Below are positions 40,104 to 52,560 of a stretch of DNA of 64,000 bases, one piece after another (the first letter of the stretch is position 1; each line of letters begins with the position of its first letter). Origin of the DNA: Octopus bimaculoides (Eukaryota); contig NC_068982.1 in assembly GCF_001194135.2 (NCBI RefSeq), forward strand, positions 1,495,638 through 1,559,637, written 5' to 3'. A program made the position numbers and the translations under genes. The notes beneath the pieces are model-generated. The model worked only from the letters and a program-made list of their open reading frames with translations. It was not told the DNA's origin and made no database searches.

Positions 40104-42019
40104 CTATCTGTTCGTTTGTATCTAGCAAACTATAATATTAACGTATAACCGAGAATCGTGTTATCAGCGACTGAACAGCCAACTCCCGTCAAGGCTGGTT
40201 GATGACGAGAATCCTTTGACAACCTTTTGTGTCAAAAAAAATAAAAATAAAATATGGGGAAGATGAGGACAGTTTACAGTCTACAGCTAATAACTATCCA
40301 TGTTCGTGCATAGATGTGTGTGTCTGTGTATCTGTGTATGTGCGTACGTGTATATATATATGTGTGTGTGTGTGTATGTGAATTTACATGTGTTTCGATT
40401 CCTATATGTACATATATGAATGTAGCTGAAGGATTATTAGACGCTGGCGGTGCTTTTTGTGTTTTCTGGATGTTTATTCTTCAGTATTGTTTGTTTTATG
40501 ATTCCGTACTAATGCACGCACGTGCACATGATGCACAAATATTTGTCAATCAATCAAATTTTCTGTACAACTTATCTTATATGTGTTCTAGCAAAATTCA
40601 TCACTTGAAGTATTTGGGAGCGAACGCAGATAATATAACTTTCGTTGTGGCGGTCGGCATTTGTTTGTAGCCATGAAATGCCCTCATTTCCGTAGTTCGC
40701 ACTTTGATGACAAATATGAAAGACGTAATAAAGTTGTGGAACAAGTATTTGCACAAGTCCATTTTTATATCTTGTTGTACCCTTATTCTCTTGGAGGTGG
40801 AGTTTTGTTGCCGTGCTGCTATATCATGAAAGCCTATGACCAGAAGGCACTCCATCGTAGTAGATCTTGAACTGTAAAAGGAGGTTATACTCCAGGGTGA
40901 GGTGTCAAGCACAGAGTATCTATAAACTTCGTTGTTTTGCACATTAGTCAAATAGTAAATTGTAAATAAGTAGATTAGCATAACGATATTAAAAATTCCA
41001 TCGGAAAAACTTCCTTCTTTTTTTGGAATTTATGAAAAGAATTACTCTTAAGATTTTGAGAGTAAAATACCAAATCTGAAATTTGCCACCTTTCTTTTTA
41101 TATCCTGGTGAAAAGATTCTTTTTTCTGGAATGAAATTCAAATTTACTCCCGAAGTAATGGAAATATTAGAGCTAGGTTTAACATTTCGGAGTAGATGTC
41201 TGTTTTTAGTTGCCAACGATACTTTTGACCAGCGAAATCCATGTTCAAGGGACACCTTTGTCCATTTAATCTATGAAATATAAGTTTTTATAAGCTCTCT
41301 TTTCTGAGGTCAGTGAAGTTTCTTTGCCCTTAGTTTTTCCTTGCCTAATCAAGAATATAGTCTAACTAGCTAAATATGGCAATTATAGCACAAGGTGAGA
41401 CATATGTACACTCTACTCCTTATTTCTTTACCGGCGGTAGATAAAAGACACCGAATTTTGCATAAATAAAATTTCTTGTGTTACATCAGGAATGAAATCT
41501 AACGAAAGGTACTCACTATGTTTCTCACACCGTTACATAACAGAACTATACAATTTAACATTTCAAATGATTTTGAAGTCAAATATCAAGAGTTTATGCT
41601 TCCTGAAGTATATACGCAATGTTTAAGGTGAAAACGCTGGTAAAATTTATCCATTTGACTTGCTCTCCAAAATCCATAAAGAAGAAACAAAACAAAAGAT
41701 GTTATAAAACACGAATCACGCAAAAATTAAAAGCGTTGCTTTTAAAAAATTTTAATTTGTCTGCAACAACTCTAGGAAATGTTTCATGCTTAAACTAATA
41801 TCTGTAACGAATATATGTTACTATATAACATTATTCCATATTTTCACTAAAATTTAAATGTTTTTATGGTATTCTTTAGCATTTCCTATTTTATTGACTG
41901 TCTTGTATTATGAAAGCTGTTCGTCCGATCTCTGCCATTTAGTGCATCGATAATATAAGAAGCACTAATATAAATGGTTCTGTACATGAAATAAATGTAG
42001 TAAATAACGTATTTTTTTT

Positions 42020-42089
42020 ATTCCTATTAGTTTCTGGTCGATTCAAACATGAATATCTTGTTGTAGTGTTTGTCCTTCATCAGAGAATG
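42020..42089 (-). ncRNA. Degenerate minimal type I hammerhead motif
   Basis: ATTCT-CTGATGA-A-(long, poorly paired stem II)-GAAA-CTAATA-GGAAT. Stem I ATTCT/GGAAT pairs; stem III needs one G>A reversion. Confidence 0.35.
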
Positions 42090-44269
42090 TGACCTCTGTT
42101 AAAGCTACATCATTGAACTGATGGATCTAACAAGAGTTTAGAGTTTTTGTTTATAGACATTAGTAAATAAATTCGAACGAGAATATCAGATCACTGTCTT
42201 TTCAAGAATTTGAAAATATCTTAATTTAATGTGGCTTCATAACAAACACGATTCATTGGTGTGATTTAGAGGCAGTGTTTCGCTCATGGAGTTCACAGAA
42301 ACAGCTAGGAGATGCACAATAAGGTCGAAAAGCTGCAGTCTCTCAAAATAGTTTTCTCATGATGAAGAGCAATAGTGATCAAGTATTTACGTTGCTATCT
42401 GCCAGAACAAGTTGTCAATACGGTATTGCTTGGATTATTGGATTTTCGTTATTAAATACGCACCTCATGAATTGTGTTATACAAATTTTATATTGATAAT
42501 GAAGCATACACACAATTAAATATATTAGGAAAGTTTTACAATAATTATACATTTTAAAATAGTCTATGTACATTACATGAAATATCGTAAATATTAAAAA
42601 TGAACAGAAATATAATATGTATAGACGTACATAAACATACATACAAAATATACACACACATACGCTATATTTTTTTAGTATATAGGTTATAATTAAATTA
42701 TATATTTATTCTCCATTACTTTTATAATTATTTGCATAATTTTTGTTATATATTGAAATCTGAAAATAAGTTACAATCAGAATACGTAATGCGAATGAGT
42801 TATTATCTTTAGCTTCGAGCATACTTCCAGTCTATTAAAGTGAAAATTTCTACGTAATCTAAATTTTTAAGTTTTCTAAATGTCGTTCCATTTAATGCGC
42901 GAAATAAATTTATTGGATTGGATCGAAACAATGTTGTTCTCTAAATGTTCATATATCTAACTCACCAAAACAGATTATAGACATTTAGTGTTAAGAGATC
43001 AATTTAGATAATTTTGAAACAAAATATTAAGTAAATAATTTTCTTTACATACTTCAGAGTATCAATTCTGAAATATAGCATGAAGCTACAAAATATATAT
43101 TCAAAATAATTACGTGGCTGTCTGTACATACTCAACAATAGCTTCTTTCTCCTTCAATACTGCTGTTACATACACTCAATTGATTTTACATAGAAACGTA
43201 CATGAAGCACCATGTGGTCAGTTTCTGTTATAAATAAACTCTCATACAAATAACTAATGTTTGACATAAACATATTGAAATATTCAGTAACATTCCATTA
43301 ATCATAAATCACGAGGTAAAAGCACCTTCAGGCTATTGTCAATTATGTCACTGCAACAACGATGTTCGTATTAGACGTAATTCTATACACGAAGAGAAAT
43401 TTCAGCAATCTAGGTTAAAAACTATGTATTTACGACATCAGGGATGTTGATATTAGCTGATATATTCCGAGAGTTTAAAATTTCTTGAATTTTTACCGAA
43501 TGCGTTTGACAACATCAAGTGCATAGGTGACATATCAACAAAAAGCTGTATTAGCAATCGTTTGCCTTCTTTTATCAAACATGTATTAATGAGATCTTGG
43601 CATCAAACGAGAACGCTAACTCTTCAGATAATAGTTCTATGAAACAGAAATAGTACAACGAGACGCACAAAGCAGTAGAAAGCGTGTAAGACGAAAGAAT
43701 TAAAAGTGCTTGACGTCCCTAATTTAATATGTGTTCAAATGCAGTGAACTGTGATGTGTCTTTATATTGTTCAGTAAAATCGATGTAAATTATCAACGAA
43801 ATTTGGGTTAAAATAATAAAGACGGGTTTGATAATTAAGTATGAAATGTTATTTTTCTTGAAGTAGAAACTTGTATTGTAGTTTGAATACGGAGTTGGGA
43901 AACTATTCAATGTAACGGGTAGATACATTGAACGTGTTGCATTCAAACTAAAATTGAATGTAACAAGTCTTAGAGATGTAAGAGTATGCAAAGGAAATGA
44001 ACGCTGATTATGGTATACAAATATTGTTGTTCTTAATAAATCTGCAGTTTACATTGATTATGATATTATTTATTATCTTTGTAAACAGGCTGCGTGAGAA
44101 AGACGAGGTCAATTTCCAGTAATTGAGTCTCTCTCTACGCGGTCTGTAGGTCGACCGTACAGACCACAGATTTGTGGATTTGTAACCGACATTTTTGATT
44201 TGTGGGCAATCTATGCTCCCCCGTTTACTGGCCGACAAACTATTCTATGTAGATATTATTTAGATTATT

Positions 44270-45560
44270 AGATGCTCACATTGGTGCATTCTAGAAATCC
44301 ATTTGGCACCTGTCAGCCAGTTGGAATCGACTGAACAGATTTGAGGACCTCCATAAACCTGAACTACCTTGCCCTGTGACATGTTTTGTATCCGCTTATA
44401 TTTTCACCAAACTCGTAACAACAGATTCGCTGCCTCAAGTCCTCGCGTTTTAACCGACACATACTGGCACACCGTCGTCTTCAGCGGTTGCTGCCAGCAT
44501 CTCGGCTGGGATGTCGATTTGTGCACTCCTCCCGTTCAACTTCACAAACTATTTCCCCTGGGTCGGTCATACTTGGATATAAGAAATGAGAAATCAAAAT
44601 CGATGTTGAAGCATGCAATGGTGTCTTGTATAGTCCTCTATCGGAAATTCTTGGGCAGAAACGTCATGACAGGATCTGCAATATCACAACCTATTTCCAG
44701 CTGTTTTTCGGTTGCAGGCTGACACATTCTGCTCAACTCAGCAAATCTCATTCCCTCACTACATATATTTTGAAAGGTATTCTTCAGCTGTCTTTTTGAG
44801 GACATTTTGGAACACTTCAATGTCAGAATCAGGTTACTTATCAGGTAACTTGTTCATTTCTGTATGCAATTGTCCCCAAAACATTATTTCACAAAACCTG
44901 TCTTCCTCACATCTTTTCCACAAAAAAAAAAAATGAAAATCCCANNNNNNNNNNNNNNNNNNNNNNNNNNNNNNNNNNNNNNNNNNNNNNNNNNNNNNNN
45001 NNNNNNNNNNNNNNNNNNNNNNNNNNNNNNNNNNNNNNNNNNNNATGCATATTCTTCGTGGTCAGTGATATCGGTTTGGGTAAATAGGTCAGCCACTTCA
45101 GCCATGGGTGACTGGGGATGCTGACAGGGAGGATCTGTTGAGCTTGATACCATCCCTCGCCTCCCACTAGCTATAGAAGTATTGCTAGAATTACTGCTAT
45201 CTCTATGTAGCGTGGGATTGTCGTTAGCTACAGAATCAATGGCTGTTCCATCGTCATTGTTCACATTCTCGTTTCTAAAGTTTGAAACAGTGTCAATTTC
45301 ACTTTTGTTTGGAATAAAATTACAATCAATTACTTTTTTCCTACTTAAAACAAATGTTGCTTGTTGGCGTAATTGTTTTGCAGTAAAATTACTTTATTCT
45401 GGATGTAGATCATCCCAGTAGCATTTTAGTCTTTTCATGTACCCAACGGTGGGGGTTTCTTTAAATTTTTTATAACACTTAAATAAATCATTATTAAGTT
45501 CATATGTCCAATAAAAATGTGTTGTGTAGTTACGATTTTTTCTGTAACTACACTTAGAAA
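44270..45560 (-). mobile_element. N-terminal region of an R4-like LINE ORF (gap inside), decayed
   Basis: WTYELNNDLFKCY..GYMKRLKCYWDDLHPE*SNFTAKQLRQQATFV matches the R4-clade N-terminal W...N..L..CY...GYxKR...W motif. The continuation after the gap is stop-ridden and less certain. Confidence 0.7.
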
Positions 45561-45564
45561 AAGT

Positions 45565-45917
45565 TTGTTTATGTATGCATGCATGTATGTATGTATATGC
45601 AGATTTGTATGTTTTATGTATGTAATGTCATGTATATAGTTGCATATCTAGACATTTTCATATATATTTAAATGATAAACTTGAAAAGTTGTACAGATTT
45701 TTACAGTTCCAATGATGAATTGGATCTGTCGTCATCGAATTAGCTTTATCCTTTCTGGTTTGAGAAGTCTAATTTCTCAAGATTAGTATGTAAGCAGTCT
45801 GTTACGTATTCCATGGCCCCAATAATTGCAGGTATAAATCTGAACTTGTAATCTGGATAGAGTAACTGCAGATTTCTCAATAGTTCAGCATAGGTGTTCT
45901 CTTTTTCACTGATCTTT
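45565..45917 (-). mobile_element. 3' end of an RLE LINE with (CATA)n on both sides
   Basis: KISEKENTYAELLRNLQLLYPDYKFRFIPAIIGAMEYV...IIGTVKIC (K..KY..L and P.IIGA RLE C-terminal motifs). Short 3' UTR ends in CATACATACATGCATGCATACAT. The 5' junction abuts the (CATA)n array at 45917-45975. Confidence 0.85.
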
Positions 45918-45942
45918 GTATGTATGTACGTACGTATGTATG

Positions 45943-45975
<33 letters not shown>

Positions 45976-46100
45976 TTGTGTGCATATATATAAAATTATA
46001 TGTATATATATAAATAAAAGTATATATACATATATTTATTCATATACACATACACTCACATACACTTGTATGTATGTATGTCTGTATGTCTGTATGTATA

Positions 46101-46151
<51 letters not shown>

Positions 46152-46725
46152 ACGCGCGCGTTTGTATAGGTACAAGGGTGTGTGTTTATGAGTATTTCTA
46201 TTTGTGTGTTTAATTTACACTCCTGGACATCAGGAAGATCATAATACTTGCTCTACTACTCGTGGAAATTACTGAATGAAGCTTACTAGTTCAGTGGAAA
46301 TTAGATGTGTCTCTGATTCATTATATATGTGTAACGAATAAACAGAAATTAGGGCCATATGTAAAATTGCTAATACATGCAGAACTTTCCACATTTCCAT
46401 GTTCCACAGATAGTGTTTAGACTACTGGCTCCCAAGAATGTTAGCTATGAATAACAGTCGACTGCATAAGAATGGATATAGTGACTAGCAAGTATCACAG
46501 ACACCCCTGATCGATGCGAACGTGTGTGTCTATAACTGGAAAATATATTACAAGATAGTGAAGACAAGTCTTCAGTGCTCCAGTAGGAATGATATTTAGT
46601 TAGAAGAATCAAAATAATTAGATGAGATACAGAGGAAATTTCCCAAGTCCCTATGTGTTTCATAAGTAGTATGCGCAAAACACCCGTCATAAGCAACACT
46701 TTTGTAACTTCTGCCGATTAAACAT

Positions 46726-46777
<52 letters not shown>

Positions 46778-46957
46778 NNNNNNNNNNNNNNNNNNNNNNN
46801 NNNNNNNNNNNNNNNNNNNNNNNNNNNNNNNNNNNNNNNNNNNNNNNNNNNNNNNNNNNNNNNNNNNNNNNNNNNNNNNNNNNNNNNNNNNNNNNNNNNN
46901 NNNNNNNNNNNNNNNNNNNNNNNNNNNNNNNNNNNNNNNNNNNNNNNNNNNNNNNNN

Positions 46958-47007
<50 letters not shown>

Positions 47008-47204
47008 TATATGTAATTATAGTTATATATGCACAGATATATACATATATACTTTATGTATATATATTGATATGTGTATACACGCACGTATGAAACTACA
47101 CACACACGCACACACATATATATTTAAATGTATATATGACACATACTTACATATACGTATATATTCATATCGTTAAATATATATACGTCTGTATATATAT
47201 ATAT

Positions 47205-47352
47205 ATACCGGAGTAAGCACATGAACTGTGCAACAAGGTGGAAAAAAGAGTACTCAAATACCAGAGGTAGAGTAATATGCTTTATTTAAAAGCAGCAGAA
47301 ATATAACAAAAAAACCGTTACTCTGAGTTTCACGTTCCCGTTCATCGGACAG
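47205..47352 (-). mobile_element. ~145-bp non-coding element beginning with a hammerhead (retrozyme / PLE pseudo-LTR-like)
   Basis: HHR at its 5' end, an AATAAA downstream, and both flanks are (TA)/(TATG) microsatellite. Confidence 0.6.
47315..47352 (-). ncRNA. Minimal type I hammerhead ribozyme, U4C core variant
   Basis: CTGT-CCGATGA-ACG(GGAA)CGT-GAA-ACTC(A)GAGT-A-ACGG. All three stems pair, with a GNRA-type loop II and a GUA cleavage triplet. Confidence 0.75.
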
Positions 47353-48477
47353 ATGTATGTATATGTATTTATATATATACATACACACACACACACAGAC
47401 ATATATATATACACACACATATATACACTTGCCTTCTCACAAGCGTTCATTCACAAGCAAACGCATACACATGTATTTATGATAATATTGCATATTTCTG
47501 CTTTACGTCTTACAGATTTTGATATTTTTTTCTTGTTGTTACTTTAATTCTTTTTCCTTTCAAAGATGCTTATAAAACATTGTAAAGATTCTTTGATAAA
47601 ACAAAAATGCTTTGCATCGGTGATGAGAAAATTGTAAGAGATAATGGAAACAAAACGTCGGAGAATAATAGGCTTCTAAGAATATTAAAAATTGTTGGTT
47701 GGCAAAAAAAGTTTCATGTCTTCATTTCATTGGAGCTAAATTTTCAAAGATATTTTTAGATTTATCAAATGGAGATTGCTTATTACACTAAAGAAACTTT
47801 TTTAAAAAATGTATTTAATTTTAATAATACACAAGTCTGATCATAATTCTGAAGCAGAAATCGAAATAGAGATTTTTCACTAAGCACATCTGTTTATTCA
47901 AAATCTGATGAAATGGTTTTTCTCTTTTTTGCTGTCGTTTTACTTTATATTCGCTAAAAATATATCTAAAAGTCCTGAGATGATTGTGAATGTCTAGTCT
48001 TTCTGTATTATGCGTTTTAGCTTAATTGCTCATAAAACATATCAATGCATATACATATGCATGCTTGCGCATACCGTATGCATGTACGAATTTGTGAATG
48101 TGTGTATGCATCTAAATATATCTGCATAAATGCATTCTTGTATACATGAGAGCTTGTGTGTATGTATATTAAAGTAAATTATCAAAGTTTATTTTCAGCA
48201 GTCATCTGCCACGTGACAAAGTTATAAATGAAAAATGCCAAATACAGAGAGAGTAGTCTTATGCTTTCTAAGATATATTTCCTAACCACATCCCCATAAA
48301 TTCTAACAAGGCCTCAAGGAATTCTTTTCGCTTTAGTTGTAAGGATTACCTGCAGTCAATGAGTTAATGAGTTGCATGATTCTTTCTTACTTATATTCCT
48401 TTCTTTTTTGCTCCAGTGTTTATAACAGTAAAAATTAAATGTTTTCAGTGATGGCCTGTAAACATCATATATGTTGT

Positions 48478-48730
48478 TGTGTAGCCCCAGGTTAGGTTTG
48501 ATCGAACAGACCCATATTTCCGTATTTTCAAACAAGGTTTCATTGTCTCAGATTATATTATAAGATGACCTTCGTTTTTTTCTGAAAAAGTAGTGTGTGA
48601 TTTGATCTGTTTAGTATTTTTAGAAAGCCGATTAACCAAGTTCATTCGTCATTCCTTTCTTAAGATGGTAGAGTATGATTTCATGAAGCTTTGGCTGTTA
48701 ATATTAGTAGATCGAGCGCCCATGATATAA
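48478..48730. mobile_element. Decayed interspersed repeat (octopus-type SINE-like remnant)
   Basis: TAGCCCCAGGTTAG..TTGATCGAACAGACC resembles a recalled abundant octopus repeat. Internal duplicated GGTAG.GT.TGATTT segment. Confidence 0.35.
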
Positions 48731-49151
48731 ACCTCTGATCAGTAGTCTACAAATGTACCTGAGTATTTTTGACTTAGTTCAGTTCAAACCAGTATTTGAC
48801 TTTTACCACGACGCATGGCTTTATCTAGTTTCCTACGATTCTAAGAAGTAAAGTGTGTAAACATGAATCCTATTCAATCTTTTATTACAAGCCATATATT
48901 TCAGAGATTGAGTCGTCATGATTTATATATCGTCATCATCAATAGTTGCAACTTTTGAGAACCAATATTTTGAGCACGAATATTTTTATCCCAGTTGTTT
49001 TGAAAATAATTATATAGATATTAATATTAGTTATGACTTGATCAATGCACACAAGCGCAAAAAAGAGGGCTATACAATAAAAAATGTTGGTGCATAAACA
49101 GAACTGAAATATAGATATATGAACTTAATAGTAGTAATAATAATAAGAAGA

Positions 49152-49211
<60 letters not shown>

Positions 49212-49541
49212 CTACTGAGACCCACTTCGGTCATGACTGACCATGGAATTGCACCTAGCAAGTTACCCTCCGAGGCACAAGTCCGGGCAATGTTATTTAT
49301 AGAAGATCAGCAGTTGCCCATGCATACCGGTCCCCCCTCTCCACGCCACCAGTATTATCCGAGGGAAGGCAAAGGTCGATACAGCTTGGCACTTGTGACG
49401 TCGCAACTCATTTCTACAGCTGAGTGAACTAGAGCAAAGTGTCTTGCTCAAGAACACTACACGCAGCCCGGTCCGGGATTCGAACTCACAACCTCACGAT
49501 CGTAAGTTCGACGCTCTAACCACTGAGCCATGTGCCTTCAC
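49212..49541 (-). mobile_element. Full-length tRNA-derived SINE between (AAT)n arrays
   Basis: Head GTGAAGGCACATGGCTCAGTGGTTAGAGCG...GAGTTCGAATCCCGG (A and B boxes). Tail runs into (ATT)n. Confidence 0.9.
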
Positions 49542-49552
49542 TAATGATGATG

Positions 49553-49604
<52 letters not shown>

Positions 49605-49623
49605 TAATAATAATAAGAAGAAG

Positions 49624-50156
49624 AATGCCCTGATGCAGTACCAGGCAGTGGCTTTCATAGCTTTTCATCTTAACTGATTGGAAGTGTTATCATGTACATT
49701 AATGGACCACAACAAATATTCTGGCCAATATCACAGATTTGCTTGTCACTTGTTTGACTTTGACCAGTTGCGCCTGTCGCTTAATTGCTGGCGATGTGTA
49801 CATCTCTGATCACGAGCGGAAGTAGTGGGGGAGCATCACAGCCATGTGTTGAGAGGAATTCTTTGGGATTTGGATAATTCAGCCTTGGAAACATGGGTGT
49901 TTCGTACCTTAAACAACCGTGATTCAGAGACCTTTTGAGCGTGAGGGGCTATTCAACCTGAAGAAAATTCCAACTGGGCCCCACCTGCAAGGTCATGCGC
50001 TGTTAATTTTGATACGAGATCACCATCTGGCGCACATATGTATGTGATGCATGTGCCTGATGTACACTTATCAAATGGTTAGTCATGGATATACTGGGCT
50101 TCGTATATTTGTACCCCAGTCTCACCTTAATGGCATGAGCTGCTCTCTCTCACTCA
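49624..50156. mobile_element. ~530-bp non-coding interspersed repeat bounded by AAT repeats
   Basis: GC-richer unique block that starts after (AAT)n/(AAG)n and ends CTCTCTCACTCAATAAT. Recalled as an abundant octopus repeat. No ORF or Pol III boxes seen. Confidence 0.55.
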
Positions 50157-50164
50157 ATAATCCT

Positions 50165-50276
50165 TTCTACTTTAGACATAAGGTCTGAAATTTTGGGGGA
50201 GAGAACTAGTCGATTACATTGACCCCAGTGCTTTACTGGTACGTAATTTATCGACACCGAAAGGATGAAAGGCAAA
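50165..50276 (-). mobile_element. SINE 3' fragment
   Basis: GTCGATTACATTGACCCCAGTG...CGAAAGGATGAAAGGCAAA, same family as 51915-52098. Confidence 0.8.
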
Positions 50277-50309
50277 TAATAAAAGAAAGATAGATGCAAA
50301 TAGGCTAGA

Positions 50310-51080
50310 TATTATATTGGCGGATTTCAGGCAAAAATCATGCGTCCTCATTATAAATGTATCTGTGTAGACCTACCAAAAACTGAGCAAGTATAAAGAC
50401 CTTGAAAATAAAACTTCTGACACTCAGAAATGCAGACTCTGTGGAGAGAGTATGGAAAATGTGACCCACTTGGTAAGTGGATGCGAGAGCCTTGTACAAA
50501 AAGAATACAAGCGCTGCCACGATAAATTGCGTGGGTATCTTCATTGGTTCTGATGCCGTAAATACCAATATGAAGTATCAGAGAACTGGTATGAGCATGT
50601 ACCGAGTAAAGTTATGCAGGAGAATGGAAAAGTAATGATACTCTGGGACTACGATTTTCAGGCGGATTATGTAATCGAATACCGTCGGCCGGATATTGTC
50701 AGATTGAGTGAGAGAGACGAATACTGTCAGATCATTGATGTAGCCATACCAAATGACAGGAATGTTGTGAGTAAAGAGGTTGAACAAATCACCAAGTAAT
50801 CCGAATTGAAAGTGGAAATGGCAAGACTGGGAGGGCACTGCGAGAGGGCAATGTAAGAGTGACACCAGTGGTGATAGGAACATTGGGCTCTATCCCATTG
50901 AAACTTCGAGATTTCTTAAGGCAACTGGAAATCCCATGCAAGATTGACGTCTTGCAAAAGCAGCCTTATTGGGCACAGCGCACATCTTAAGGGAAGTATT
51001 ATCTGTCTGAGGTCCTTGTTGTGACTTGACAGATGACTAAAGACTCCGGTGCATTTTTACCTACACTGTGTCACGAAGAA
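50310..51080 (+). mobile_element. R4/Dong LINE 3' end (zinc knuckle and RLE endonuclease) with (AAT)n tail
   Basis: CRLCGESMENVTHLVSGC, KRCHDKL, WYEHVPSKVMQENGKVMILWDYDFQADYVIEYRRPDIVRL..CQIIDVAIPND...EQITK. (AAT)n follows from 51081. Confidence 0.95.
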
Positions 51081-51128
51081 ATAATAATAATAATAATAAT
51101 AATAATGATAATAATGATAATAATAATG

Positions 51129-51182
<54 letters not shown>

Positions 51183-51850
51183 NNNNNNNNNNNNNNNNNN
51201 NNNNNNNNNNNNNNNNNNNNNNNNNNNNNNNNNNNNNNNNNNNNNNNNNNNNNNNNNNNNNNNNNNNNNNNNNNNNNNNNNNNNNNNNNNNNNNNNNNNN
51301 NNNNNNNNNNNNNNNNNNNNNNNNNNNNNNNNNNNNNNNNNNNNNNNNNNNNNNNNNNNNNNNNNNNNNNNNNNNNNNNNNNNNNNNNNNNNNNNNNNNN
51401 NNNNNNNNNNNNNNNNNNNNNNNNNNNNNNNNNNNNNNNNNNNNNNNNNNNNNNNNNNNNNNNNNNNNNNNNNNNNNNNNNNNNNNNNNNNNNNNNNNNN
51501 NNNNNNNNNNNNNNNNNNNNNNNNNNNNNNNNNNNNNNNNNNNNNNNNNNNNNNNNNNNNNNNNNNNNNNNNNNNNNNNNNNNNNNNNNNNNNNNNNNNN
51601 NNNNNNNNNNNNNNNNNNNNNNNNNNNNNNNNNNNNNNNNNNNNNNNNNNNNNNNNNATTTTTTATGATGTTATATTTATTCCTGAATGATGTGTAAAGA
51701 AATTTTGATTTTTTAAGTCTCTTAATGAATTCTTTATACTGAAATATATATTGAAGAAGATAAATATGTTCATTTGAATATATGCGTTTTTGCGTCGTAA
51801 CTCCTTTATTATTATTAATAATAATAATAGTAATAATAGTAATAATGATA

Positions 51851-51885
<35 letters not shown>

Positions 51886-51914
51886 AATAATAATAATGAT
51901 AATAATATTAATAA

Positions 51915-52098
51915 TAACTCTTCTACTACAGGCACAAGACCTGAAATTTTGAGGGAGGGGTAAATCGAGTACATCAACCCCAGTGCGCAACTGGTACTTA
52001 ATTTATCGGTCCTGAAAGGTTGAAAGGCAAAGTCGGCTTCAGCTGAATTTGAACTCAGAATGTAAAGATAGATGAAATGCCGTTGAGCATTTTCCCGA
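51915..52098 (-). mobile_element. tRNA-derived SINE (near full length)
   Basis: CCCCAGTGCGCAACTGGTACTTAATTTATCG..GAAAGGCAAAGTCGGC..TTTGAACTCAGAATGTAAAG. Confidence 0.85.
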
Positions 52099-52250
52099 AT
52101 GAAAAAATATGAATTCAAACCTGAAAACACTCTTCTTATAATGTATCTTTTATTCATCCGCTTCCATATAGGAAAACAACTCTTTGAAAATACCCAAGCT
52201 ACAACCATACTGGACACATGACCTCAGCTCTCTCACCCTTTCTATCTCTC

Positions 52251-52290
<40 letters not shown>

Positions 52291-52379
52291 TCTCTTCCTT
52301 TATACTCCCACGCTTTCTCTCTTTCTCTCTATCACTTTCTTTAAGACTTATGTTGATTATCTGTTGATATCGCAAAATC

Positions 52380-52560
52380 CTTCAGCCCAAATCATACAGT
52401 TACAGAACAACTTAAAAACAGTAAGCTAATTTTTTTCCCATCCCGTTGGATTTACTTCAGCCTCTGGATAAATCTTAAATTCTTAAAATGTATATTCCAT
52501 TCATTCACATCCATACAGAAAGCAACTCTTTTAAACACCCAGACTGTTCCATCAACGAAT
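52380..52560 (+). mobile_element. Possible R4-type RLE C-terminal fragment
   Basis: SIQKATLLNTQTV resembles the IQK.ALLGT.HI terminal motif. Confidence 0.35.

Noticed and set aside
40572-40981. 126-aa minus-strand ORF and a weak integrase-zinc-like peptide (QILVPQLY..HICHQS..GNEG)
   Set aside because: No recognisable domain, poor splice signals and similarity too weak to call.
49460-49541. tRNA-like sequences with A/B boxes (also 26293, 62740, 63795)
   Set aside because: No complete cloverleaf or acceptor stem, and each continues into a SINE body. Not tRNA genes.
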